Origin: Octopus vulgaris
Taxonomy: Eukaryota
Assembly: GCA_951406725.2 (NCBI GenBank)
Contig: OX597818.1
Location: forward strand, 45,074,001-45,138,000
Direction: 5' to 3'
Length of the DNA: 64,000 nt
Part shown: positions 51,071 to 64,000 of the stretch, one piece after another
How the letters are laid out: each line of letters starts with the position of its first letter
Position numbering within the stretch: the first letter of the stretch is position 1
Made by a program: the position numbers and the translations under genes
Notes under the pieces: generated by a model
Told to the model about the DNA's origin: nothing
The model's input: the letters and a program-made list of their open reading frames with translations, nothing else
Database searches by the model: none

Positions 51071-51300
51071 AAGGCAGCAAGCTAACAGAATTTTTAGCAT
51101 GCCAAGCTAAATTCTGAGAGGTATTCCATCCATCTTTATGTTCTGGATTCAAATTCTGCCAAGGTCGACTTTGTTTTCATCCTTTCAGGGTCATCGATAA
51201 AGTGCTAGTCAAGTACTGGTGGTGGTGGTGGTGGGAGGGATCAGTGTAATTGACTTACTCCCTCCCTCAAAATTTCTGGCCTTGTGCCAAAATTTGAAAC
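51071..51300 (+). mobile_element. SINE family B (old)
   Basis: Family B head and core. Confidence 0.75.
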
Positions 51301-51725
51301 CATCATTATTGTTGTTGCTATTAAGGCAGTGAAATAACATTAATTGTTGAAGCACTTAATCAAAACCAAAGATACAAGAAGATCAGGCTCTCAACTTGCC
51401 TGAGTGTGCCCTTGTCTCTATGGTACATAATCTTCTGTTTTAAAGTGTTAAAAGTATTAATATCTAAATTACAAATACCACCATTCATAACACCAAAGTT
51501 AATTAATTTTCGTAATCTCATCAAATTCTTGGGTATTTTCAAAATTAATTGAAAGTCACAAACAGTGTATTGCATTAGAAATATGGTCAGAAAAAGGTTA
51601 AAGGAAATATGTTCAATTAAATTTAGACCTTTTCTGGATGTATAAACAGTCTGCTGCAAGACATCAATTTGTCATGTGTCAGCTGAGAATTAATAAGGAA
51701 AATCCTTCAAATATTATTTATTAGA

Positions 51726-52310
51726 TGCAGGTGTGGCTGTGTAGTAAGAAGTTTACTTCCCAACCACATAGTTCTGGGTTCAGTCCCACTGTGTGACACC
51801 TTGGGCAAGTGTCTTCTACTAAAGCTTTGAGCTGGCCAAAGACTTGTTAGTGGATTTGATAGATGGAAACTGAAAGAAGCCTGTCATTTTTATATGTTTG
51901 TGTGTGTGTTTGTGTGTGTGTGTGTGAGTCTGTGTCTGTCTCCCATCACCACTTGACAACCAGTGTTGGTTTGTTTACGTCCCCATAACTTAGTGGTGTG
52001 GCAAAAGAGACTGATAGAATAAGTATCAGGCTTTAAAAAAATTAGGAGAGAATTCACAAAAAAACAAAAGACGGGTAGTGTAGAGAACAACCAGATGTAT
52101 TAGTTTAACGCTCAGAAAGTGAAAAAGTCTTTTACATTTTGAGCCTAAGTTCTTCCACAGAAAGGAACACAGAAAGAAACAAGGAGGGAAAATATAGAGA
52201 GAAAATAAAGAGTAAAAAATTAGTACTGGTGTTTATTCATTCAACTAAAAATTATTTAAGGTAATGCCCCAGCATGGCCACAGTCTAATAACTGAAACAA
52301 GTAAAAGATA
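51726..52310 (+). mobile_element. SINE family A interrupted by a Penelope-like fragment
   Basis: Head and body at 51726-52035. The tail resumes at about 52220-52310. Confidence 0.8.
52046..52210 (-). mobile_element. Penelope-like terminal fragment with a degenerate variant hammerhead at 52129-52164
   Basis: Minus strand: CTTT CTGTGGA AGAAC TTAG GCTC AAAAT GTA AAAG. Confidence 0.6.
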
Positions 52311-52338
52311 ACCGGTATAAAGTGAGTGGTCATGTAGC

Positions 52339-52760
52339 CAGCATTGGATTAACCATTAAGCAAAATATGCACATGCTTAGGGCATCAAGGGAAAGAGAGG
52401 GCACCACAGAAATGGTAAATGGTTTATGGCACAAAAGAAATCACTTTAAACTTGCTAAAATAATAATCGGGATGCCTTTGTCTCTAAGTATAGATGCAGA
52501 TGTGTTACCTAAGATTAATTTTGAGGATCTGATCAAAGACTTTGCAACTCAAAAAGTAGGAGGAAACTTTTCAAATATAAATAAAGTGGAAGTATACAAA
52601 AATAAACATTATTTTCACTCTTACTGTTTTGTTTTGTTTTGAAAAATAAAATTATATTTTATGGTTTGTTATTGTTTATATTTTGGATTACATAATCTTT
52701 TATGGGGGCACCAAAATTTTTTAAGTGCTTAGGGCCCTGATGGGTTGTAATCTGGTGCTG
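52339..52760 (+). mobile_element. Internally deleted hAT element
   Basis: TIRs cagcattggatta / taatctggtgctg and 8-bp TSD catgtagc / catttagc. Retains the transposase C-terminus LSLSIDADVLPKINFEDLIKDFATQK. Confidence 0.85.
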
Positions 52761-53879
52761 CATTTAGCTCCTCTACACCAGGAAATCTGCTGCAGCCCTT
52801 TTTTCTCATAGTTTAACCCCTAATCTTCAAGCATAAAGCTGCCTCCCTTTCTACTGTAGTGGTGTTGGTGGTGGTGGTTTCCTATCAGTTGTCCTTTATT
52901 GAATTTTATGTTGATGTTATGATGCACTCTTGAATTAATTATTAATTTTTAGGAAGACGGCACATGGAATATAGAATAGATCTTGTGGAAGTGCAAGTGG
53001 AAGCTGTGGGAATTCTTGAAAATGAATCTGTATGAACTGGTAGAATAGCAGACAGCTTAACATCGTGCATTAACATTGTTGTATATGTACAGAAAATTAA
53101 GCAAGAGATAATTTTACTAACATAAACAGGTATTTCAACAAAAGAAAATGAATATATAAAAAAAATAAATCAGAAAATAAACAAAAGGCAACACGAGGGA
53201 AGAAATGAGCAAGTACTTCAGTTACCTGCGGCAAATAGAGAATATTGTTTCTTTCTTTGTAACAGATATAACAATAATAATGATAACAACAACTACAACG
53301 ACAACAACAATAGCAATAATAAAAATAATAATAATGATAATAATAATAATAATAATAATAATAGTAATGATAATGATGACAACTGTAACAATAGTAGCAT
53401 CAATAACAACAATAATAATAATAATAATAGCATCCGTGGAAAGAATAGAAGGAAAGATGGAAATAAGTTGGTATATGATTAACCATTACGCAGAACATTG
53501 CTACTTCCTATCTCAGCTATTTCGAGCCTCTGGCTCTACCATTTAATATAATCTCATCTGTTATAACTAAGCTGGAATCAAGAGAAACCATCTTTCATGT
53601 TAGCCCATTGTAGTTTTGCCTATTGTTGTAGCTGCTGTTGTTGTTGTTGTTGTTGTTGTTGTTGCCACTAAGGTTGTTGCTGTTGTTGTTATAGTTTTCT
53701 CTTTTTGTTTTCGCTGGTTTTCCTCTTCTTCAGTGAATTCTATTGAGTTAAGTATGAGTAAATTGAGCAACAAATACAATTTTTGATAGTCTGTAACTGT
53801 AATCAAGCAAAAGACTGACTCTACAGTTTAATTCGGAGCCAGGATTGGAAGGGATTGGTTAACTATAATTGTTCCCTTA

Positions 53880-54112
53880 AAGGCGGCGAACTGGCAGAAA
53901 CATTAGCACGCCGGGCGAAATGCATAGCCGTATTTCGTCTGCCGTTACATTCTGGGTTCAAATTCCACCGAGGTCGACTTTGCCTTTCATCCTTTCGGGG
54001 TCGATAAATTAAGTACCAGTTACGCACTGGGGTCGATGTAATCGACTTAATCCGTTTGTCTGTCCTTGTTTGTCTCCTCTGTGTTTAGGCCCTTGTGGGT
54101 AGTAAAGAAATA
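53880..54112 (+). mobile_element. SINE family B with 16-bp TSD (young copy)
   Basis: tataattgttccctta (53864-53879) and tataatggttccctta (54113-54128). Confidence 0.92.
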
Positions 54113-54239
54113 TATAATGGTTCCCTTACTGCTTAGGAATTAAGGGACCTACAATCAACTTCCATTCATTGAACAGGGTAGGCAGACATGGCTGTATGGT
54201 TAAAGGTTTATATTGAAATCACATGTTTCCAAGTTCAAT

Positions 54240-54455
54240 TTAACACAGACACACAAACATATACACACACATACATACACACATATATATACATATATAC
54301 GAAAGGCTTCTTTCAGTTTCCGTCTACCAAATCTACTCACAAGGCTTTGGTTGGCCTGAGATTATAGTAGAAGAAACTTGCCCAAGGTGCCATGCAGTGG
54401 GAATGAACCCACATGTGGTTGGTAAGCAAGCTACTTACCACACAGCCACTCCTGC
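54240..54455 (-). mobile_element. SINE family A, 5' half
   Basis: Reverse-complement head and body, up to the internal microsatellite. Confidence 0.85.
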
Positions 54456-54487
54456 TCCTGTGCTTATGTATTTATATATATATATAA

Positions 54488-54698
54488 TGGGAAGCTTTAT
54501 GAAAATAAATAAAAGACGAGGGCAGGTGGAATACAAACAAACAATTGTATTAGTATGGCGCTCAGGAATATAAATAAAACAAGTCTTTTACGTTTTGAGC
54601 CTACGCTCTTCAACAGAAAGATACACAGAAAAGAAACACGGAGAGAAACAAGGAGAGAAAAAAAAATGTGTGCAGAAGCTAGCGAATCAACATGGTGA
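54488..54698 (-). mobile_element. Penelope-like terminal fragment with a variant hammerhead at 54585-54620
   Basis: Minus strand: CTTT CTGTTGA AGAGC GTAG GCTC AAAAC GTA AAAG. Flanked by (TA)n on both sides. Confidence 0.6.
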
Positions 54699-54843
<145 letters not shown>

Positions 54844-54879
54844 CACCTAACTAGCAACATTCAAGCGCTGTGCTTCATG

Positions 54880-55188
54880 GAGACAATGCCAAATGACTGA
54901 GACCTTTGGCAATATGCTGTGCTTGAGAAGGAAGATCCATCAAGTGAAGCAAAATTGTAGTCGTGACTGATGCTGGTGTCACACAACTGCTACCCGTGCA
55001 AGTGGCACATAAAAGCATCCATTACACTCCCACAGTGGTTGGTGTTAGGAAGGACATCCAGCCATAGAAGCCATGCCAAATCAGACTGGAGTCTGGTGCA
55101 GCCCCTCAACTTATCAGCCCTGGTCAAACCATCCAACCCATGACAGCATCGAGAACAGATGTTAAATGATGATGATGATGATGATGAT
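54880..55188 (+). mobile_element. RTE 3' end fragment
   Basis: gactgagacctttggcaatatgctgtgcttgagaag (the end of the ORF), followed by the tail and (tga)n. Confidence 0.8.
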
Positions 55189-55929
55189 ATAAAAGCATGT
55201 GGCCTAGTAGTTAAAATGTCACGCTCACAATCACCAGGTGTGTTTTTTGTGTGTGTGTTGTGTGCAAAACACTTCATTTCATGTTGCCCCATTCCACTCA
55301 GCTGTAAATGGGTGCCACTATAACAGACTGGCATTCCATTCCGGGAAATGTTGGCCTGTTCTGGCTAGCCAGCAGAGCAGCATCATTCAAAAGCTACAAT
55401 GATTAGGGGAAGTGCATTCTGACCCGTGGTGTATAACAACATTCGATAGTTTAATTGATACAGTGGTACATACACATATGGTTGTGTGGTGGACAAGATT
55501 GAAAGAGCTAAAAGCAGACACTTTCGTCTTTGGTCAAGCCTTCATCAATAATTTAAGGATTCTCTTGAAAAGGAAAATTAAGAAAATGCTGTCACATGGA
55601 AAAGCATTTTGAAAGATGCATGATAGTAACCAGCTTGGACTGAGTGAAGGAGCCTGCTCTAAGCATGTTCCTGCGGATTGGAGGAGGACAACTGGATGAG
55701 GGCACTTTCCTTAAGGGTCAGTGTGACCGTGGTTGTTATGAAGGTTTCTATGAGTAATTCTCAGAGGTACCTCACTTAAGAGGAACTTTCTTTGAATTTT
55801 TGTTAATTTTGTTTTTACATTTTATTTATGTAATTCCACACCATATTGTCCTGTACCATTCCGTAATACCCTCAATCTTTTTTATCAATACTAGTGGTTA
55901 ATAAAGAAACCATTATTATCATTATTATT

Positions 55930-56486
55930 GAGTGGAAGAGCAGCACATGTCAAAATGACACTGGGGTACAAGTACACAAAGCCCAATATACCCATCATAA
56001 CTACCCATCTGATAAGGGTACACCTGGCACATGCATCACAACCACATTTGCACAACATGGTGATCTCATACCGAGATAGAAACAGCACATGACCTTGCAG
56101 GTGGGACCCAGTTATAATTTACTTCAATCCAAGTAGCCCATCCTGCTCAAATGGTCCCTAAATAAAGGTTGTTTAAAGATGTCAAAAGAAAAAACCCATG
56201 TTTCCGGAAGTGAATTATTCAAATCACAAAGAATCCCTCTCAACACACGGCTATGATGCTTCCTCACTACTTCTGCCCGTGATCAGAGATGCACATATCG
56301 TCAGCCACTAAGGGACATGCTCAACTGGTTAAGGTCAAACAACTGACAAGCAAATCAGTGGTATTGAGCAGAATATTTGCTGTAGCCCATCTTTTATACC
56401 AAAACAAAACTATGTACATGATAACACTTCCAATCAGTTAAGATCAGAAGCCATGAGAGCCACTGCCTGGTACTGCATCAGGGCAC
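55930..56486. mobile_element. Unclassified ~560-bp insertion in an (ATT)n microsatellite
   Basis: A more GC-rich block with sharp boundaries, flanked by (TAT)n on both sides. Confidence 0.45.
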
Positions 56487-56553
56487 ATTATTATTATTAT
56501 CATTATTATAATTATTACTATTATTATTACTATTATTATTATTGCTATTATTA

Positions 56554-56602
<49 letters not shown>

Positions 56603-56611
56603 TATTACTAC

Positions 56612-56667
<56 letters not shown>
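56487..56667. repeat. (TAT)n microsatellite
   Basis: Directly visible. Confidence 0.95.
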
Positions 56668-56668
<1 letters not shown>

Positions 56669-56749
56669 GGCCCTGAGCTGGAAGAATCATTAATGTGTAG
56701 GGCAAAATGCTTAGCCGCATTAATCGACTTCAAATTCTGCCAAGGTCAA

Positions 56750-57605
56750 CTGAAAGATGAAAAGCAAAGGCGACCTCGGCGGAATTTGAACTCAGAACAT
56801 AGCGGCAGACAATATACCTATTTCTTTACTACCCTCAAGGGGCTAAACACAGATGGGACAAACAAGGACAGACAAATGGATTAAGTTGATTATATCGACC
56901 CCAGTGCGTAACTGGTACTTATTTAATCAAACCCGAAAGGATAAAAGGCAAAGTCAACCTCGGCAGAATTTGAACTCGGAACTCAACGTAACGGCAGACA
57001 AATTACCTATTTCTTTACTACCCACAAGGGGCTAAACACAAAGGGGACAAACAAGGACAGACAAACGGATAAAGTCAATTATATCGACTCTAGCGCGTAA
57101 TTGGTACTTATTTAATCGACCCCGAAAGGATGAAAGGCAAAGTCGACCTCAGCGGAATTTGAACTCAGAATGTAGCAACAGGTGAAATACCTATTTCTTT
57201 ACTACCCACAAGGGGCTAAACACAGAGGGGACAAACACGAACAGACAAACGGATAAAGTCAATTATATCGACTCCAGCGCGTAATTGGTACTTATTTAAT
57301 CGACCCTGAAAGGATAAAAGGCAAAGTCAACCTCAGCAGAATTTGAACTCGGAACTCAACGTAACGGCAGACGAAATACCTATTTCTTTACTACCCACAA
57401 GGGGCTAAACACAGAGGGGACAAACACGGACAGACAAACGGATTAAGTTGATTACATCGACCCCAGTGCGTAAGTGGTACTTATTTAATCGACCTCGAAA
57501 CGATGAAAGGCAAAGTCGACCTCGGCGAAATTTGAACTCAGAATGTAGCGGCAGACGAAATACCGCTAAGCATTTCACCCGGTGTGCTAACATTTCTGCC
57601 AGCCT
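56750..57605 (-). repeat. Head-to-tail tandem array of SINE family B units (~187-bp period)
   Basis: tacctatttctttactacc recurs at about 56815, 57004, 57188 and 57377. Only the last unit keeps the SINE 5' head. Confidence 0.92.
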
Positions 57606-57919
57606 GCTGTCTTATTGTGTTTGTATATTGTATCTTTGCTGTGGTAGAGTTTATTATTTCTTGCGTTGAGTGTTTCATTTCATTTGTTTGTAGTGAGTAT
57701 TCTGTGCATTAGTTGTGTTATTTTTGGTGGATGCTTATTGTGTATCGTGTTTTTGTGTTGGGTGTGTAACGTATGCAGTTTGTGGATTGTGTAGGCTGTA
57801 TTATATTATTAGGTGACAATTGTGTAGAATGTGAGTTGTGTTATTAAATCAAAAGTGTCTTGCATAGGTGTGACGTGCCTAGAAGGGTTTGTTAAAAAAG
57901 AAATAAAACAAATTACTAC

Positions 57920-57979
<60 letters not shown>

Positions 57980-57992
57980 CATTGTTATTATT

Positions 57993-58628
57993 ATCAAGGA
58001 AAATGGCAAGCTGGCAGAATCATTAGCACACTGGAAGAAATGCTTAGCGGTATTTCACCCATCGCTATGTCCTGAGTTCAAATTCCGCCAAGGTCAGCTT
58101 TGTCTTCCATCCTGTCGGGGTTGATTAAATAAGTACCAGTTATGCACTGGGGTCGATGTAATCGGCTTAATCCCTTCCCTCAAATTTGAAGCCTTTTGGT
58201 TTCAGTAGAAAAGATTATTATTATTGTTGTTGTTGTTGTTATCATTATTATCAAGGAAAATGGCAAACTGACAGAATCATTAGCATACCAGGCTAAATGC
58301 TTAGTAGCATTTCATCTGTCCTTACATTCTGAGTTCAAATTCCGCCGAGGTCAACTTTGGCTTTCATCCTTTCGGGGTCAATGAAATAAGTACCAGTTCT
58401 GCATTGGGGTTGATGTAATCAATATACCCTCTCCCCTAAATTTCTGGCCTTGTGCCTATAGTAGAAAAGTTTACTATTATTATTGTTGTTACAATTATTG
58501 TTATCAAGGAAGGCAGCAACTTGGCAGAATTGTTTGCATGCCAGGAAAAATGTTTAGTGGTATTTTGCTCATTGCTATGTTCTGAGTTCAAATTCTGCCG
58601 AGGTCGAGTTTGCCTTTCATCCTTTCAG
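57993..58628 (+). repeat. Three tandem SINE family B copies separated by (TAT/TGT)n
   Basis: Each copy is preceded by ttatcaaggaa (about 57991, 58248 and 58501). Confidence 0.85.
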
Positions 58629-58629
58629 A

Positions 58630-59701
58630 GTACTTTTTGTATGATATCAGCACAGGTGCCAGTCAGGTGGCACTGGCATTGGCCACGCTTGAATGGTACT
58701 TTTTACATGATACCAGCACTGGCGTCAGCCACAATATTGATTTCACTCAGTTCAACAGGTCTTCACAAGCATGGCATATTGCCCAATGATTGGAGGATGT
58801 TTTTAAATGAGCCATTCAAGCAACACTGGCATCGGCCCTGACTATGACCTCACTTGGCTTGACAGGTCTTCTCAAGCACGGCATATCTCCAAAGGTCTCG
58901 GTCACTTGCCATTGCCCCTGTGAGGCCCAAGGTTCGAAGGTCGTGCTTCACCACCTCATGCCCTGTCTTACTGGATCTGCCTCTTCCACAGGCTCCCTCC
59001 ACAGTTAGGTTGTGACACTTCTTCACACAGCTGTCCTCATTCATACATATAACATGACCATATCAGTGGAGCATATTCACTTCATTTCTTTCAAGCCTAT
59101 GCATGTCCTCAGCAGTCACAGCCCACGTTTTACTGCCATGTAGCATGGTTGTTCATACACAGGCATCATACATTCTACCTTTCACTCTTAGTGAGAGACC
59201 CTTTGTTACCAGCAGATGTAGGAGCTCTCTGAACTTTGCCCAGCCTATTCTTATTGTGGCAGCTAAGCTCCCAGAGAATCCACTCCAACTACTGACTTGG
59301 TCACCTAGGTATCAAAAGCTACCAACTACTTCTGGCTTTTCCCCCTGGCATGTGATGGAATCTGTTTTCTGTACATTTTTGGTGTTTATTGTACCTGCGC
59401 ATCTCTCACATGCACAAACTATCTTCCCAGTTAACCTTCCTTTGATATTGCTGCACCTATTATGTGTCCATAGCTTACACCAGGTATATCTTATGGAGTT
59501 TCTACCTATGCCTTTTCTACAGATCAAGCAGGGCCATCTACCAGAAGGAATTTGTGATTTCTCTGCCATCCTACATAGTAAGACTTTGGTCTTTGCTAGG
59601 TTAGCTCTGACTCTAGGTCTGGTAGTGACTCAGCATACAGGAGCTCCCTGGGGCAGCGTGTCTTGAATTCCTCTGTTATTACCTGGAGGACTATGATGAA
59701 C
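58630..59701 (-). pseudogene. Degenerate 5'-truncated copy of the PHD-containing RTE family
   Basis: SGRWPCLICRKGIGRNSIRYTWCKLWTHNRCSNIKGRL..CACERC and CVKKCHNLTVEGACGRGR..DRDLWR, plus the 3' UTR. Confidence 0.9.
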
Positions 59702-59890
59702 AATAAACACACACACACACACACGCACATCATCATCATTTAACGTCTATGTTCCATGCTATCATGGGTGGGATTGTACCAGAAAAGCTAGCCAGGCCGA
59801 AGCCTGCACCAGACTTCTGTGACTGTTTTGGCAGGATTTTTACAATTGGATGCCCTTCCTAACACCAACCACTCAGCAGAGTGTGTGTGT

Positions 59891-59950
<60 letters not shown>

Positions 59951-60087
59951 GAAAATTCTGAAAATTTAGTAAAATTCAGAATTTTCAGGTTTTTCTATAT
60001 GCTAGGCCACTGATTTTATATTAATGTTGATTAAATTAATATTCAATTTATTACCCTCATTATTTAAATTTTGATTTCTCATATATA

Positions 60088-60367
60088 TGATCGTTGCCAG
60101 AGCAGCCAACTGGCTCCGTGCCAGTGGAACATAAAAGGGCACCATTCGAGCGTAATCGTTACCAATGTCACCTTACTGGCCCCCATGCCGGTGGCACGTA
60201 AAAAGCACCCACTATACTCTCGGAGAGGTTGGCATTAGGAAGAGCATCCAGCTGTAGAAACTCTGCCAGATCAAGATTGGTGTCTGGTGCGGCCGTCTGG
60301 TTTGCCAGCCCTCAGTCAAAATTGTCCAACCCATGCTAGCATGGAAAGTGGACGTTAAATGATGATG

Positions 60368-60369
<2 letters not shown>
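60088..60369 (+). mobile_element. RTE 3'-tail fragment
   Basis: Same subrepeats and tail as 2045-2393. Confidence 0.85.
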
Positions 60370-60402
<33 letters not shown>

Positions 60403-61134
60403 TCAACAACAGCAGCAGCATCATTTAATGTCCACCTTCCATACTGGCATATACATATAATATATAATGTGTGTGTGTGTGTGTAAGAGCAAAAGGTGCT
60501 ATAAAAGAAAATTGCAGAGGCTGAATAAGACAGAGTTAGTTTGGATTTAATATAGACTTATTTCAGCAGGTATTTCATCAATTCCTTTTTTCTTTTCTGC
60601 AGACAGATGTAGAATTTGGAGAATGGGAACACTGGAATACAAGTATTCTCAACAACTTGAAAAGAACAAAAACAAATACAAAACAAAAACCTGTGCTATA
60701 GTATTGTTCTATTCCTGTCGATACTGCAGAGGAGAAAAATGTATATAACCAACTTGACTTGTTATACTATATAGTAAGTAAGCAGTCATATCAACACTCT
60801 GCTTAAAGGATCCCAGTTTTGCTTGGTGTTTTGACATAGTGTGAAACATTACAAAATTAGATCTTGGTTTCATATAAATCCTCTGATTCTATTGTGTATA
60901 CAAATGGTATAATCCATAAGTGATATTTGATAGTGAAATGATGCAAGCTTTATATTAATGAATAAAATTACTGTTTTACATTAAACATGTTTCGTACTAT
61001 ATGCATGTCAGCATTGCTAAATTAACAAGAATTGCCTTGATATGTTTATATATGATATGTTTTATATAATTTTTTGTGTAATAAGATAAAAAAACCAAGG
61101 TTGTGTAGATATTAGAGCATTTATAGATAGAAGG

Positions 61135-61184
61135 TCTTACAGCTGTTTCTAGGATATTTATCAATTATATCCCTTCATCGGAGA
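61135..61184 (-). ncRNA. Type I hammerhead motif (U4C change)
   Basis: Minus strand: tct CCGATGA a[gggatat..atatcct]a GAAAC AGCT GTA aga. The palindromic stem III ACAGCTGT is typical of Penelope hammerheads. Confidence 0.7.
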
Positions 61185-61369
61185 TGGTGTGAGAGGATAG
61201 TTAAGTCATAGTTAGTTTAGAAGTGATATAAAATAGAGAGTGAGGTGGAGGAAAGAAAATAGATGTGATATATGTATGGATATTGAAGTTGTAAATCTAT
61301 TTTTTAGGCACAATGGTAAATATACAATATTCCAATATCCTATGAGTAAAGTCCAAAAGTCCAACAAAG

Positions 61370-61416
<47 letters not shown>

Positions 61417-61504
61417 AGAGTAAAATTGGAAGGTACCACACAATTTAAAATATATAGGGAACAGGCTTCATTTTCAAATCCTCTTCACTATATATATATT
61501 TATA

Positions 61505-61749
61505 CAGGGTTGGCCAAAAGTCACCTGACAGTAAACCAAAACCCATTCAATTCCAAGATTAAAACAAAAAATTATTTTATATGAGACTTCACTAATAAAT
61601 AGACAAATGTTGAAAAAAAAAAGAAAGCGGTGATTTTAACTCACAGCATTCAATTATTAAATATTCATAATTGGAATGAATAAATGAAATTGAATATTAA
61701 GTATTTATGGAATTTTGATTTACTGTCGGGTGCCTTTTGGCCAACCATG
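61505..61749. mobile_element. Tc1/mariner-type MITE
   Basis: ~30-bp TIRs cagggttggccaaaagtcacctgacagtaaa / tttactgtcgggtgccttttggccaaccatg and a TA TSD. Confidence 0.88.
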
Positions 61750-62583
61750 TATATATATGGTATGTTAATATGTGTATATATGTATATATATAATGTTGTT
61801 TAACCCCAGGTCAATCTTGATCTAGCAGACCAATGGTTAAAAGCACTTCAATGATAACCATCCCATCTTTTAAGAGGATATTTAGGATTACACCACCCAG
61901 TACATCCTTTCCTCATTTAAGAATTTGTGTGCGATTTAAGGGAGATATGATTGCTATTTCTTGCAGATTGAATAGTCACCTAGACGCTTCCTCATTTGCT
62001 ACTGTTTGTCAGTTCTTTATTAAGCAATTAATTTCTAATCAACTTTCAAAACCCGTGTCTTACCAAATATTCTTTTTTAAAAATATTCTTTCAAATCTCC
62101 AGCAAAATAAAAATAACATCATAAATCAAACAGAATGTCTTACGCAGGTAACAGGCGAGTGGAAAAGCAATGAGAAGTATCTAATGGACTTGAATTTCTT
62201 TTGTGTTATTATTCATTCATATCATATCAGCTATGTTGATAACTCAGTTATGTTAGAAGCATTAGCTTCTAACAACAGATTACTGATTTCGGTGTTTTAT
62301 GACTTGTAATACAATCCTACTTTATACTCCTCTATTTAACATTAGCTACTGTATAAAATTGATATTATTAGACTGTGACCCTTCTGTGAGGATACAGGAG
62401 ATTTAGTTTACTCGATTGGTGTAATGAAAATGGAGTTATTTTTGTTCTAATTTTCACTTTGTCTGTTCCTTGGTAAAATATTTTGTATTCTGATAGGGTT
62501 CAGGAATAACTGGACCGCAGCCAACTAGGTCAGTAGTTCCTAAACTGGCAAATGCTAGGCTCTCTTAAAAGAATGATTTGCTC

Positions 62584-62750
62584 TTTTACCCTTGTTTCAG
62601 TCTTGTTTCAGTCATGTGACTGCGGCCATGCTGGAGCACCGCCTTTAGTCGAGCAAATCGACCCCAGGACTTATTCTTTGTAAGCCTAGTACTTATTCTA
62701 TCGGTCACTTTTGCTGAACCGCTAAGTTACTGGGATATAAACACACTAGT
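62584..62750 (-). mobile_element. SINE family A, 3' half
   Basis: Reverse-complement tail ttgtttcagtcatgtgactgcggccatgctggagcaccgcc. Confidence 0.85.
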
Positions 62751-63124
62751 CTAGTGTTTGATTGCTTTTGACCTGGGATACAAAACTTATGATCAAACAT
62801 AGGTTTTATTTTAAATCTTATTAAGAAGTTCATGATAAAATTTGTGACAATTATACGAAAATATATGTGAACTAGAAAATAGAAGAAGTAATGTTGTGTA
62901 ATAATTAATACTAGCATGTCTGTATCATTAAAAATTCCAGCAGTTTTATGAATAATAGAAAATGGCACATCAAGACAATGGGAGAAATCAATCATAAATG
63001 TCAGCTATCAAGTAAATATAAGTACAAGCACAGTTGAATTGGAGCACTCGGACAATGAGATATGGTTGTAACATCTCAATTGAAAATATCAACCATGTAA
63101 TATACATACATAGATATATTCGTT

Positions 63125-63815
<691 letters not shown>

Positions 63816-64000
63816 GCTTCTGTGTGTGTGTGTGAAAATGTCTATTTTTCTTGTTCACATAGATCAGAGCGATTTCGTATAGCTGGGATGTTATTCCTGT
63901 TACCAACATTCCAAGTGAGATAATATTTCACTCAGACATGATTACATGGAAGATTGAAAACAAAGAACACCTCTTGCATGACAAGGATGCTTGCTTAAAA

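Noticed and set aside
56750-57605. Regularly spaced repeats as a CRISPR array
   Set aside because: Whole ~187-bp units repeat with no unique spacers, the units match dispersed SINEs, there are no cas genes and the DNA is eukaryotic.
61833-62309. 158-aa ORF as a host gene
   Set aside because: No recognisable domain, and its 5' part overlaps degenerate repeat-like sequence. A chance ORF is likely.

Overview
This is not prokaryotic DNA. It is AT-rich, microsatellite-dense eukaryotic intergenic or intronic sequence, and the repeat repertoire looks to me like an octopus (cephalopod) genome; that assignment is inferred, not searched. I can support no host protein-coding gene, and nearly all short ORFs in the track are translated microsatellites or SINE/LINE pieces. 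The main element is a near-full-length RTE-clade LINE on the minus strand (~16653-21907). Its APE endonuclease and reverse transcriptase ORFs are split by a single missing G, it carries a complete C4HC3 PHD finger inside the RT region, and its 5' side has ~607-bp tandem monomers. The rest is three families of tRNA-derived SINEs, 5'-truncated RTE tails, a Dong/R4-like LINE relic, hAT and mariner relics and MITEs, and Helitron-bounded tandem duplications. The most interesting hidden signal is about a dozen type I hammerhead ribozyme motifs of the minimal Penelope-like-element type. Several lie in long fold-back palindromes, and one family of four copies has a consistent non-canonical core (CUGUNGA instead of CUGANGA).
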